Below the pieces are notes generated by a model. The model ran no database searches and had not been told where the DNA came from. It saw nothing but the letters and a program-made list of their open reading frames with translations. Positions 35,357 to 47,902 of a DNA stretch of 64,000 nucleotides are shown here, one piece after another. The position numbers were made by a program, and so were the translations under genes. The stretch is from Macrostomum lignano (taxonomy: Eukaryota), in NCBI GenBank assembly GCA_002269645.1, contig NIVC01003582.1:1-64000 (forward strand). The letters are read 5' to 3'. Each line of letters begins with the position of its first letter. The stretch's first letter is position 1.

Positions 35357-37697
35357 TTAGATTTCATTAATAGATACGTGCGTTCTAGAGGGCTGCGACC
35401 ATCCTTGTCTTCCCAGAAAATGACATCACACCGCTATGATACGAAAAGCAATAGATGTAGGCTGAAAAGAGCCAGCTATTGGAAAAAATTTTTAAAACTG
35501 TCCTTTTTAGGCATTCCCGGGCGGATTTATGTCAATAAAAATCGATACCTTTATCGTTTGAATTCGTGCAAATCAATGTCGGTCTCTGGATGCCCACAAA
35601 TTTAAAAGCATTCTGCAGAACTTGTATGGTCAGTGCAGCGTTTTTTGTCTTAAATCCAATAGCTGCGGAAGGAATGGAAAATATCAATGAATAAATATGG
35701 ATCCATAAGTACAGGCAGTCCGTAGATCGACAGAGGACTCTCATGAAACAATTTTAATTTAGTGCAATAAGGTTGGATTCAAAAAAGAAAAAGAACAACA
35801 ATCCTGTTTATTGCACTGCACTCGATAAAGGACCGGCGTCGAGACGATGTGGTGAATGCTTTTTATGTCCAGAATCGCGTGACAATTGAGCAGTGTCCCT
35901 TGCCAGCACTCTGTCTGGAGGCGTCAAGTCAAGGAGGCGGATTTGCCACCAGCTCAGCTAGGCCCGAATCGGGTGAACAGGCGGCCCACTCGATGGGACA
36001 GTACATCACTCCAGACCTTCGCTCGCTGCCGACCTCAAACTTGCTGCCTTCCTCTGAGAGCCTCCATCTCTCCCTCCCCAACTTTATCTTTTTCTTCCTT
36101 CCGTCTTCCAGTTCGGGCGGCGGGTGAGCAACGGATGCGGGGAAGAAATGCGAAGTAAAGAGCTGAGATTAAAGCAGTGGGCGACACAGCAGGCAACAGG
36201 CAGGCTGCACAGGCAAAAGCGGCTAGAGAATTCCAATGCATAAATCACGAAAGGACAGTGCAGTAGCAGCATCTGCCTCTCTCTATTCCCCAAGTTTTTA
36301 TCAACCAACAGGCGACTAAAAAGTAGAATTCAGCAGGGGGATGGACAGCAGAGAAGCCCAGTCGATGCACTTATACTAACGGAAAAAGCTGAATTTACGG
36401 CTGTTCATAGAGCCAGGTGAAGAATATCTTAATAACAAATAAACAGAGTTCGTCTGGCTGTCAATCAGGCTGAACAGAGTCGCTGAGATGCGACGGATTT
36501 TAAACGGAACTGAAGTGGAGAGAGCTAAAAAACCGAAGCAAACAGAAGCTATAGGAAGAGAAATGGAGAGCCGTGAAGGAGGGGAGAATTGAGCTTCTTC
36601 TTTAAGCCTCATCTGGCCGATCAATAACAGCCGGGATTGAACCCGACAAGAGTGCACCAGCACTTCAGCAGATTTTTCGAATTGTTTCTGTCACTTTTCA
36701 AGATAATGTCGATTATTGTCTGGGGCAGTTGGAGATTCAAGTTCCTACCTTAGCACATTACGCTCGTAGAATAGAAGGCCGTCTTTTACCTGGGTATAAA
36801 TTATTTTTCTGCTAGGTAAGCCTACTGATCAATACTGTCCTTTAAAGTTGCGCCTCTCCCGCAATGAGTTGCCAGACGCGGAAGCTGGAGTCCTACCTTT
36901 CAGCGCTCCTCACCATTGTCTCCTTTCAACAGGGTTAAGAAACTGCATGGGAAGGCATTGCGTCTTCCAGTATCTATTTTAGTCAGAGACTCTTGTACGC
37001 TACCTGCCTTTGTCGCAGCTCTCAGGCCAGCACTAGCATGCAAGCTTGCTGCCTTCTGTGCGTGTCTGCCTGGTGGGTGTTCGTCACTCTCTAAGGAAAA
37101 AATGCTCAGAATTCTTGTGTAGCTCTCAAAGAAATGCCTCTTCTATGCCTTGTTGCCTTCATCGATTTTTTTGCTGTTTTGTTCGTGTAGCGTCGAAGCA
37201 AAAAGACGGGAGGCAGCGGGCGGTCGGGCTGAGGAAGAGTTGGGGGGGACTTGGGGTCCTGACCTGAGGTGAAGGCGAATTCCGCTGTTAATGAGGCCGG
37301 CGATGACAATGCGAGACTTGTTTTCTTCGTTAAGTTTTAATGGCTGCATCATTTCAATGGAGTTTTAATATGAAAATTGCATGCATTTTTATACACTTTT
37401 ATACACTAAAAATTATATTGCCATGTTCAGTCTCCGCTTGAGCTGCACTCAAGGACTACAGTAAGTTACCATGGAAATAGGAAGCTACACTGTTTATACT
37501 TTATTTTCGGGCCCAATTACTCTGTTTTTTTATGTCGATCTAAAAGTTTTTTGCATTCTTATTTTTAAATCTGCGGGAGGCTGGAAAAAAACAAAAGTAG
37601 CTACCTGTGCCTTCTCTCAGCTTTACAGTTTTTTTAAAAAGCCAGCAAACAGACCTACCTTCAGGGACTTTTATGTGTTCTTCGGATGGTGAACGTC

Positions 37698-38215
37698 AGG
37701 GGCGCCGCCACCGGGGGGGGGGACAGGGGAGACATGTCCCCCCCAGTTGAAGCTATGGGGGGGACATACCAATGCATACCAATGCCAAAATGAGTGCCTG
37801 CGGCGCTAAAATGAGTGCCTGCGGTGCTAAAATGAGTGCCTGCGGCGCTAAAATCAGTGCCTGCGGCGCTAAAATCAGTGCCTGCGGCGCTAAAATGAAT
37901 GCCTGCGGCGCCAAAATGAATGCCTGCGGCGCCAAAATGAATGCCTGCGGCGCCAAAATGAGTGCCTGTGGCGCCAAAATGAATGCCTGCGGTGCCAAAA
38001 TGAGTGCCTGCGGTGCTAAAATGAGTGCCTGCGGCGCTAAAATGAATGCCTGCGGTGCCAAAATGAATGCCTGCGGCGCCAAAATGAGTGCCTGCGGTGC
38101 TAAAATGAGTGCCTGCGGCGCCAAAATGAGTGCCTTCGGTGCCAAAATGAGTGCCTGCGGCGCCAAAATGAATGCCTGCGGCGCTAAAATGAGTGCCTTC
38201 GGTGCCAAAATTCTG
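37698..38215. repeat. 21-bp minisatellite (GCCAAAATGAGTGCCTGCGGC)n preceded by a GC-rich MITE-like head
   Basis: Array at about 37785-38210. Head CAGGGGCGCCGCCACCGGGGGGGGGACAGGGGAGACATGTCCCCCCC at 37698; no matching right terminus found. Confidence 0.85.
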
Positions 38216-39324
38216 AAAATAATGTACATGTACTTGTAGAATTCTTGGCTTTGTCCCCAACCATAAAATCCATGTCCTGTTCAGCTTTGGCTTAGCCATG
38301 GACAACAAAAAATGCGAGCTACATGTATTATCAGCGGCTAAAGCAGCCCTGCAGACCATCCCGGATGCTGGGAGTTTTAAAAGCCAATTAATTCAGCAAA
38401 GACTGTCCTTGAACGCCAAGGGGAACTATTGCTACCCCAGCTGTCAGTTCCGTTGGTCGTCGCAACGTGTGAAGCTGACAGCTTCCGTCCCTTGGTGTGA
38501 CCTCACTCTCTAACAGCCAAAAACAGCGCGAGTATTTCCCGAACTATCCATGACATCTGAATCTTTAGAGAATCTAATCCAGATAAAACCAATGAGAATA
38601 TGAATATTTATGCAACGGAAATTCGATGGATTATACTACTGAAAAACAATATGCCCCCATTGGGTGTACTAGTCTGTCTATAGAGCTCCCCAGCCTCCAT
38701 TCTCTTCTCTATTTTTTATACTTTCAGTATTCACTCTATTGTTGTCTGACACGGGAGGATGTGAAACCTGCACCGCAGGATGAGATATTTGCCTGCTGTA
38801 GGAGACGCACTGCACTGCCAGTCAGATTATCCCCTCGTGGGAATTTCACCCGATGCCATCCGAAACCTTCTAACACTTGAAGCGGCGCAAATGCGGACTG
38901 GTAGATGAAGATAGAGTGCACTATCCGCCGAGAGGAGCTCGAATGAATAAAATCATTTCTCCGATTCGTGAAATAGTGGGAGGAGCAGCTTCAGAATTTT
39001 TAAATAATCATTGCTAAATGTTGAGAACGACTACACGCCATTTTTGCTAAGCTCTTTCTGCAAAAATGATAACATTGTTTACTGACCGTCTAAAATTTGT
39101 TCAATCGCAATTGTTCGTTTGTTATACTCGCTGCCCAGCGTGACATCCTAGAATAAAAATACAATTCATGTCTCTTCACTGATCATCGGGATTTCGACAA
39201 ATACTATGAGGAGGCAGGTAGTCATTCAGTTGATCCCTGAGCACGCACACTGGCATGCACACAGGCTAGACGTCAGGCAGTGTCTGCACCCTGTGCCTCG
39301 CCCGCGTGGTCGTGAATATCACGA

Positions 39325-39590
39325 CAAGCCCAGGTAAATCAGATCTACCTGATCTAATGAGACCTAAGCCTACAGTTACCGGTATCAAGCCCAGGTAAAT
39401 CAGCTCTACCTGATCTAATGAGACCCAAGCCTACAGTTACCGGTATCAAGCCCAGGTAAATCAGCTCTACCTGATCTAATGAGACCCAAGCCTACAGTTA
39501 CCGGTATCAAGCCCAGGTAAATCAGATCTACCTGATCTAATGAGACCTAAGCCTACAGTTACCGGTATCAAGCCCAGATAAATCAGAACC
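39325..39590. repeat. 61-bp tandem repeat, about 4 copies
   Basis: Period 61 (39325 to 39386); no spacers. Confidence 0.9.
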
Positions 39591-40002
39591 GGCACCGACC
39601 AGTTAGTTACAAACGACTCACGCAATCCACGCAAGTTCTCAAAACATCAGCGCTCCAGCGGCAGTTGAGTGGGCAGGAGGCCTCGCTGCAGACAGTTGCC
39701 AAGCTGTTCAAACTGATGCATGACTGCTTTTGGACACGAGGTAATTGTAAAAATTCCAAAAACTTAAGAGGGAGATGGGGAGAGAAGAAGAGCCCGAATC
39801 AGAACTTAAGTCCTCTATGTAGAGACGAGGTGAGTTGAGGTTGGCGCCATCACCGGCAATTATTGGTGGGGTTGAGGTTCCCCGCACAGCTGCCTCTCCA
39901 AGAGCTACTGGCTGTTGGGGTGAGCAGAAACACAGATGGGGAATAAGTAGCACGAGAAACACACAAAATTTATTGCCATTCGAAATATCAAAGCTATTTG
40001 GA

Positions 40003-40782
40003 CATCTAGGTATACTGCTTCTAACATCTATAGCTACTTGAACATCTAGATATACTGCTTCTAACATCTATAGCTACTTGAACATCTAGATATACTGCTT
40101 CTAACATCTAGCTACTTGAACATCTAGATATACTGCTTCTAACATCTATAGCTACTTGAACATCTAGATATACTGCTTCTAACATCTATAGCTACTTGAA
40201 CATCTAGATATACTGCTTCTAACATCTATAGCTACTTGAACATCTAGATATACTGCTTCTAACATCTATAGCTACTTGAACATCTAGATATACTGCTTCT
40301 AACATCTATAGCTACTTGAACATCTAGATATACTGCTTCTAACATCTAGCCACTTGAACATCTAGATATACTGCTTCTAACATCTAGCTACTTGAACATC
40401 TAGATATACTGCTTCTAACATCTATAGCTACTTGAACATCTAGATATACTGCTTCTAACATCTAGCTACTTGAACATCTAGATATACTGCTTCTAACATC
40501 TATAGCTACTTGAACATCTAGATATACTGCTTCTAACATCTATAGCTACTTGAACATCTAGATATACTGCTTCTAACATCTAGCTACTTGAACATCTAGA
40601 TATACTGCTTCTAACATCTAGCTACTTGAACATCTAGATATACTGCTTCTAACATCTATAGCTACTTGAACATCTAGATATACTGCTTCTAACATCTAGC
40701 TACTTGAACATCCAGATATACTGCCTCTAACATCTATAGCTACTTGAACATCTAGATATACTGCTTCTAACATCTAGCTACG
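40003..40782. repeat. 40/38-bp minisatellite (CATCTAGATATACTGCTTCTAACATCTATAGCTACTTGAA)n
   Basis: Read directly; about 20 copies. Confidence 0.95.
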
Positions 40783-41867
40783 ATGAGGCAAGCAAGAGTG
40801 CATATTGATCTGTATACTTGCCAAGATAAAAGCATTTCATAAAGGGTCAACATCAAAAGTCTCGTCTCATTGCAACTTTCTTCTCAAGTAATACTCCCAT
40901 GGATCAGTTACATCAGCGATTTGTAAGTTTACATCTCTCGAGTCTCGCGAAATCTAGCCAGACACTGAGACAGCGAAAGTGCATTTCTATCTCTCCCATT
41001 ATGAGCGCAATAGCAACAAATCAAGATTAAGGAAGCGCATACACACACAGCTCGAATGTCGCGAATTTGTGCATCTCTGATGACTGTACTGTACAGTTGG
41101 GCAGAGCACAGAACTGGCTACTCTCTATACCCAGAACACCCCAACGGGGAGGCACTGAGCGAGAAAAAAACCATTGAAAAGAAATATCCAAGCACCGACT
41201 GAACCGGCCTTGAAGAAGGGGAATTGCCCGCTCGCTCGGGACCAAGGCTTATTCTTGTCTCCCACTCCCCCTTCGCAATCCAATTTCACATTTTGCTCTT
41301 AAGCCTGCCCCGGAGCTCGCAAAGGCCTCTAGGCTTGGACTAACTGACTGAGCTGTCCCCTCATTTTGCTCACTTTTCTCTGCTTTTGTAGATTGCAGGC
41401 TTTTTACAGCAAAGCGTTGCTTCATTATGCAGGCTGAAGTAATGTTACCTAGAACTCTACTTGTGTGTCCAATTATCAGCTTCACCTGGAACACTTTGAT
41501 GGCTTTGGCCGTTAGCTACTAGTTAGATATAAATAAACATAGACTTAGCTTTAGCTGCTGGAACTAAGGGGCAGGGGCGTCGCGACACGGTGGCGAACAG
41601 GGGAAGGGCTTGTCAATGCCATGACGTAGCAGTGAGCAAAGAAACAAAAAACTCGGACACTTGCTCGCATCTGTGTTAGACTTCTTGTAAAAATTATCAC
41701 TTTGAAAGATTTTTCAGAGTTTACAAACAGGGTATCAAGTGCTGAAATATCGCCTTTATGCTCTCACGTTAAAAAAACTAAAACTATTGGCCCTTTGGCG
41801 CTACGTTTTCGGGGACATCGTCAAACAACCAGCGTTGAGACAACTCTGCCGATTACGCTGACTCCTG

Positions 41868-42032
41868 AGCACATACAAACGCACTATACTGTACTCAGAC
41901 ACAGCACTCATACAAACGCACTATACTGTACTCAGACACAGCACTCATACAAACGCACTATACTGTACTCAGCCACAGCACTCATACAAACGCACTATAC
42001 TGTACTCAGACACAGCACTCATACAAACGCTC
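41868..42032. repeat. 37-bp tandem repeat, about 4 copies
   Basis: Unit CAGCACTCATACAAACGCACTATACTGTACTCAGACA. Confidence 0.9.
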
Positions 42033-43249
42033 ACACAGGGTGTACAGCAGACCCGACTCACTAATACTCAGGCATGTACACTCTCTGTTCTGCTCATTGA
42101 GCTTGGCTCTCATGGCTCTGTGAATCGCAGGGACAACTCCTGGGCCAATTTTTGTAGATCTAGACAGCGATTTTGTGCACAAGCCCCAAATTGATGTGGC
42201 TGCGCAACTCAACCCTGACTCTTCAAGTTACTCTACAGTCCGGTGCCTCAGAAAAGACCACTACGGCAACGGCGTGATTTCAGGACTGAAAATTTCTCAA
42301 CGAACTGGGAATGCTGTCAAATCGAAACTTGCTATTAACTCGGCGAACACAATTTCCGGCGTGATTGCGTCCAGGAGTTGCGTGTGACTGCGTTGCACTG
42401 CAGACGCGACAAAAACCTAGCAAGGGAAAATAGTTAAGCGGCATCGAAAACACTTTTGGTTGAAGATGTTCAACACACTACTTAAAAAAGCACTTATTGT
42501 TTCAGTTTGACGTAGTTTTCTGAGAGATTTCCGTTTAATTTATTTAGACATGCTGCGTACCGTATTTGCCATTGATTACGCCAAATACCAGATTAGAAAA
42601 GCTACCTTACACTTAGTGTTCGCAAAGATTGTGAGTGAAAGGATTGGACGAACGGAAAGCAATGTTCAAGAAAAATGTCACTATTGATAGTAGTATTAGC
42701 AGTCACAGAACAAGTCGATAAACTGAGAAATTGAGAAGTTTAAAAATGATGTTTTGCACTAGCTAGGTCGTGAAGAACTTCGTTTTTAGTGTCATGAGCT
42801 ACGCTTGCAAATTCACTAACAAAAACACAGTTTATCCTATTTCAACATGTTCCCACATGAACAAATCGAATAGGAAGGGAGATTTTAGATAGAAAAGCGA
42901 TTCCATCTTTCGTGCAAGCCGCCAAGTGCTACACATTCGGCCATCAAAGCAGATCGTTCCGGAAACGCTCCATAAATTGGAGAACCCTTCCGAGCCATTC
43001 CGAAACGTTCAATTCGTCAATGTTTCAGTCGTAAAACTGTGGGATGGGGAGAGTCATTTCGCGGGATAATTGTTAACTATACTTTCCCGAAACAAGCCAT
43101 GCAAAAACTGCTTGCGTGATGCTCGCTAGAGCCTAGGTCTAAGTTTTAGCTAGATAGTGAAATAGTTAGTGTCAGTTGTCCCTGAGTTAGTGTTTAAATA
43201 GACTAGATTTTTCACTACTACATTCAGTGCTACCATGCAGGAGGCAAAC

Positions 43250-43990
43250 ACGACCAGGACGTGTGATAAATGGCTTAGTATGATTGACTCTACTAACGAC
43301 CAGGACGTGTGATAAATGGCTTAGTATGATAGACTGTACTAACGACCAGGACGTGTGATAAATGGCTTAGTATGATAGACTCTACTAACGACCAGGACGT
43401 GTGATAAATGGCTTAGTATGATAGACTGTACTAACGACCAGGACGTGTGATAAATGGCTTAGTATGATAGACTGTACTAACGACCAGGACGTGTGATAAA
43501 TGGCTTAGTATGATAGACTCTACTAACGACCAGGACGTGTGATAAATGGCTTAGTATGATAGACTGTACTAACGACCAGGACGTGTGATAAATGGCTTAG
43601 TATGATAGACTCTACTAACGACCAGGACGTGTGATAAATGGCTTAGTATGATTGACTCTACTAACGACCAGGACGTGTGATAAATGGCTTAGTATGATTG
43701 ACTCTACTAACGACCAGGACGTGTGATAAATGGCTTAGTATGATTGACTCTACTAACGACCAGGACGTGTGATAAATGGCTTAGTATGATAGACTCTACT
43801 AACGACCAGGACGTGTGATAAATGGCTTAGTACGTATGATAGACTCTACTAACGACCAGGACGTGTGATAAATGGCTTAGTATGATAGACTCTACTAACG
43901 ACCAGGACGTGTGATAAATGGCTTAGTACTGGTATGATAGACTCTACTAACGACCAGGACGTGTGATAAATGGCTTAGTATGATTGACTT
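43250..43990. repeat. 46-bp minisatellite, about 16 copies
   Basis: Unit ACGACCAGGACGTGTGATAAATGGCTTAGTATGATAGACTCTACTA; head-to-tail with no spacers. Confidence 0.95.
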
Positions 43991-44784
43991 TACTAATTGT
44001 CAATTAAGCAAAAATCAAATAAAGCATGCTGGGAAAATAGGTTTGGAGCAGTTTTTTGGCTAGATTTTGCTTTCATATTTGACACAGTCCCAAGAGAGGA
44101 CCCAACGTTTATATTGTAAAACCAGTTTGTCACATTCCTAAAAGTAACATAGGATTTCGACGAGGTACCTCTGGTGTCAAATTTTACTGTGTGTTGGTGA
44201 AAAAACTTAACATGTGCCGAAAAAGCAATCGATAATTTATTCAGCTTTAAAAAAACTTGCCTCGATAAAATGATATACGTATACGGATTTGGAGAAAGTG
44301 CTGTCTCTGAGCTATTGATAAAAATTAGCTTGATGAAGAGAAAAGCATTGAGGAATGGCAATATGCGCTGTCATCCCGGATGTAAAATTTCCGACCATTT
44401 TATGACCCATTGTAGTTAAGGGTAATATTAATTGAAAGTTATCATAATTGTCGCAAGCGAAAGTTTTTGCTACAATTTTAGCGGCTACAGCTGCAGTACA
44501 GCAGCGACTGATTTATGGCCTTGTATCGATACCGAGAGATGAACCCTGACAGAAAAACTTGGCGCCGCTCGGCCCTAAAACAGTCCATCCGGCTGCCTGA
44601 AATCCCAGGCATTCCAATGGACCCTGTAGTTTTACGGTCCTCGATCTGCGGGCGGGGCGGTCATAGGCTGCCGTCCTGAAGCAGAGCATAACCAACAGTG
44701 CTCGAGAGCATAAAAGTCCCACTGCCAAGTCGATCTCAAACTGGTCCGGACAGGCTACCCGTAAAAGAGTCGAAAGCCTTAGAG

Positions 44785-46599
44785 ATGGTCCTTAAAGAAG
44801 ACCTGGAATTCTTCTGCAACTCCACCTCTCTCCGAGGAGTTGCTAAGGCGTCGAAAGCGCCGACCCGGCCACTGAGAGCCATTTGGACAATTTACATTTT
44901 GGCCATGGCTGCCGCTCTGCTCACCTGCGTCTGCTTCATAGTTTCCGACTACTCTCAGTACAAGACTATCATACAGTCCACGCTGGTGATCAACGACATG
45001 TCCAGTCACAGCTACCCTGCGCTCACCTTCTGCAATCACTACCCGTTCCAAGAGTCGGCGTACAAACTTTGGGAAAGCGGAGCGGTCCTGTCGCCAACTA
45101 ATTATTCGAAAATGCTGCGCCGGCAGGCTTTTGAAGCGTTTAACAATAGCGACTATTCGAGCATGGAGAACTTGCTGGTCTACGACACCAAGCGGGTGTA
45201 TTATCAGACCCTGCCACACGAGCACGCTCTCAATGTCAGCTTCACCATACCTCAGGTGTTCATCTTCTGCATCCGTGGCCACGGCCAACAAATGGACATA
45301 ACGGAGGCCAGCAGCTGCGAATTCATCATTAAGAGCATAAGTATTCCGTCATTTTTCACCTGCTTCCAAGTGCAAATCAACCAGCCGCACGATTGGATCA
45401 CGCTAATTTTGCACGTTGTCAAGGGTCCACAGAGCAGCTTTGAGGAGGCCTTTGTTCAGGACACGTTCGAACAGGCTCACGGACTTCGATTGCAGGTCAA
45501 AATAGAAAGCTGTCTCTGACTACCTTTATTATAATCGCTAGGAAATCTATAAAAATGTATTTTAGAGAGATGAATGCAATCAAGCTTTTGTAAGTTAGAC
45601 TAGCTGCGCTGTTCAATGTGAACCACTCGTCGACTCAATAAAAACATTTCAACCTAACAGGTCCACGAAAACGACACTTATCCGAACCCGATGGCCAAAG
45701 GCATCCACATCGAGCCGGGAAAACTGGTCGAGATTAACTACCGACACGTACGCTGGCACGAGGCCGACACTCCGCGCGACGTTTGCCTTCACCCGCAGGT
45801 CATGAAGTCTCGCCGAGTCAGCGACCTCGGTCAGGACTTCTCCTATTCGGCCGACGGCTGCGTCAAGGCAGCCATCGGGCGTCGGGTCCTGCGCCAGTGC
45901 GGCTGCTATTATGCCGAGTATCTGCGCGAGGCGCCCCCCAACGCTACGCACCCGTACTGCGGTGACATGCGTTTGGGACTAAAGGCTATTCACCACAACC
46001 TCCAGTGCCTCAGCCGCATTAATTTTACTGAGCTTAAGATCGGGCTGAGCTCCAGCGAATGCGTAATGCCGTGCTCCTCTTCAAAATTCGACACCTTCAC
46101 CTCGCAGACGGTGTGGAAGGCTACCGACTGGCAGCTTTATTGGCTACTTAAACAATCGCAGAGTTTTTCCCGCCTACGGGAAAGTCAGAGACTGCCGCAG
46201 GGGGCGGAGCGGGACAAGCAGTTCCAGTTAGCCAAGGACGGTCTGAAGCGGCTGCTCACTCGGCCTCGTCTGTCCAACGTCTCGACCAACGACTTCAAGC
46301 TGGACTTCGATTCGCACAGCGATGAGTTTGCCTACGTGACAGTGCGCCGCCAGAGTTGCAACACGATGCTCAAAGTCGAGGCCCAGTCACTGAACTTTAG
46401 CGCTTTAATGAGCCAAATTGGTGGATTGTGCAGCTTGTTTCTCGGCCTCACCTGCGCTGTTGTTGTGGAGCTGGTCGAGGTGGCTCTCATGCACCGGGTG
46501 CACAGAAAACAGAAGGCGGCTGCATCTGCGGCTGCAGCAGCTGCTATTGAGGATGTCGAGATGAAGTGCGAACGCGAAAATGATAATCCAGCAAAATAG
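44785..46599 (+). CDS. DEG/ENaC (ASIC/FaNaC-like) amiloride-sensitive channel subunit, 2 exons
   Basis: Exons 44785-45495 and 45661-46599 (phase 0). FCNSTSLRGV, TM1, YPALTFCN, GLRLQVHENDTYP, Cys-rich thumb (C...RQCGC...C...C), TM2 FSALMSQIGGLCSLFLGLTCAVVVELVE. Confidence 0.9.
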
Positions 46600-47902
46600 C
46601 TGCGAGTATCATAATTAATTCATTACGAGTATCATAACTACCAGCTACTTGCCATCGCGATACCATTTCTGCTTGTACCACTCGTAGTGATGCCTCTAGA
46701 TTTTGCTTTAGTGAATAAAGATGTTATGATCCATCTGCATCTGTATGCCAGTCACCTCGGGACACACTTCTTCGCCACTGCTGTTTTAGCGAGGCAAGAT
46801 GACTGGACGAATAGACACCGAAACTAGCGGAAAAGTCTGCCAGTTCTATTTCATCCCAGACTCTGATGCATTATTTAATGGCCAAAGTTCGGACCAACTT
46901 ACTTCCCCTTTGGGTTTACTAAGGGCAATCTTTTTAAGCAGCTCACTTGAGAATTGCGAAATTGATGAAATGAACTTCAATATCCCAATTAAGTCGTTCT
47001 TGTCTCACAAATTGGTTGACAGTTTAATGATTCTGGCGGGAAGGCCAGCACAGCGCTGCTTTTGTGTACGAACGAACAAGCGTCATGTTCAAAAATAGCT
47101 CGTACATATTACGCAATCGTACACACTAGTGATATCTAGATTACAGGGATTAAATGTAGGTTGCTTAAATATGAAGAATCTTCAATATAGTTAAACACTT
47201 TCATTGAATAATTAACCAAAAAATTGATTTTGAATTTTAGGTACTGTAGTAGTGTCATACTGAGAGAAAATTGATTTCTGACTTGTAGATATCGTAATGA
47301 GATCTTGAATACGCGATAAGAATATACTGGCTCGGGTTAGCTTAAACTCGGGTTAATAGCTTAAGTTGATTAAATCATAAATATTGCCAAACTTATGAAA
47401 ACAAGTATATACATACAAGGTAAAACTCATGGAAAAAGAGCGTATTATTATAGGTACGACCAGGTACGAGGCGAGCATGCGGAAGCATTCACAGATAGTA
47501 ATTGGATGGTCGTCAGAGAATCTAAGCATCTTTCTGCACGCTTCTTTTTGCTATGCTGACGCAACAAGCTAAAATTTCCACCCGAATCTAGTGGTTAACA
47601 AGTGGCAGCTTTAATCCAACTCTAGCCGTAAGTCTCCACTCTCTCCTCACCAGCCGAAGCTGAGGCCTTGTGACGCAAATTGCCACTTTGACTACTGGTT
47701 TCGGTTTGGAAACTTTAACATGTTTCTGTGTGTACATTTGTTAATTTTTAAGCATACGAGTATATAACCATAAATACATGATTCTTTATTTAAAATGAAG
47801 TCAGCTTGACCTATAAAATACTAGTGCATGTCGCTGACTCGCTAAGTCAATTAGTTGTGAGTCAGCTCTCAAGTCTTCAAATCTGATTTTAAAAGAAGAT
47901 GC

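Noticed and set aside
37661-38359. ORFs of AAGTHFG, ILAPQAL and AKMSACG repeats
   Set aside because: 21-bp array read in three frames; not a gene.
35378-43200. Numerous 60-120 aa ORFs between the claudin-like gene and the DEG/ENaC gene
   Set aside because: No recognisable motifs, coding-like composition or consistent exon chains; likely UTR, intergenic or decayed TE sequence.
43250-43990. CRISPR-like appearance of the 46-bp array (also the 61-, 51- and 40-bp arrays)
   Set aside because: Units are head-to-tail with no unique spacers, there are no cas genes, and the context is eukaryotic.
44698-44784. GTG-initiated extension of the DEG/ENaC ORF
   Set aside because: No ATG. It could belong to an unidentified upstream exon (acceptor near 44699), so the first ATG at 44785 was used.
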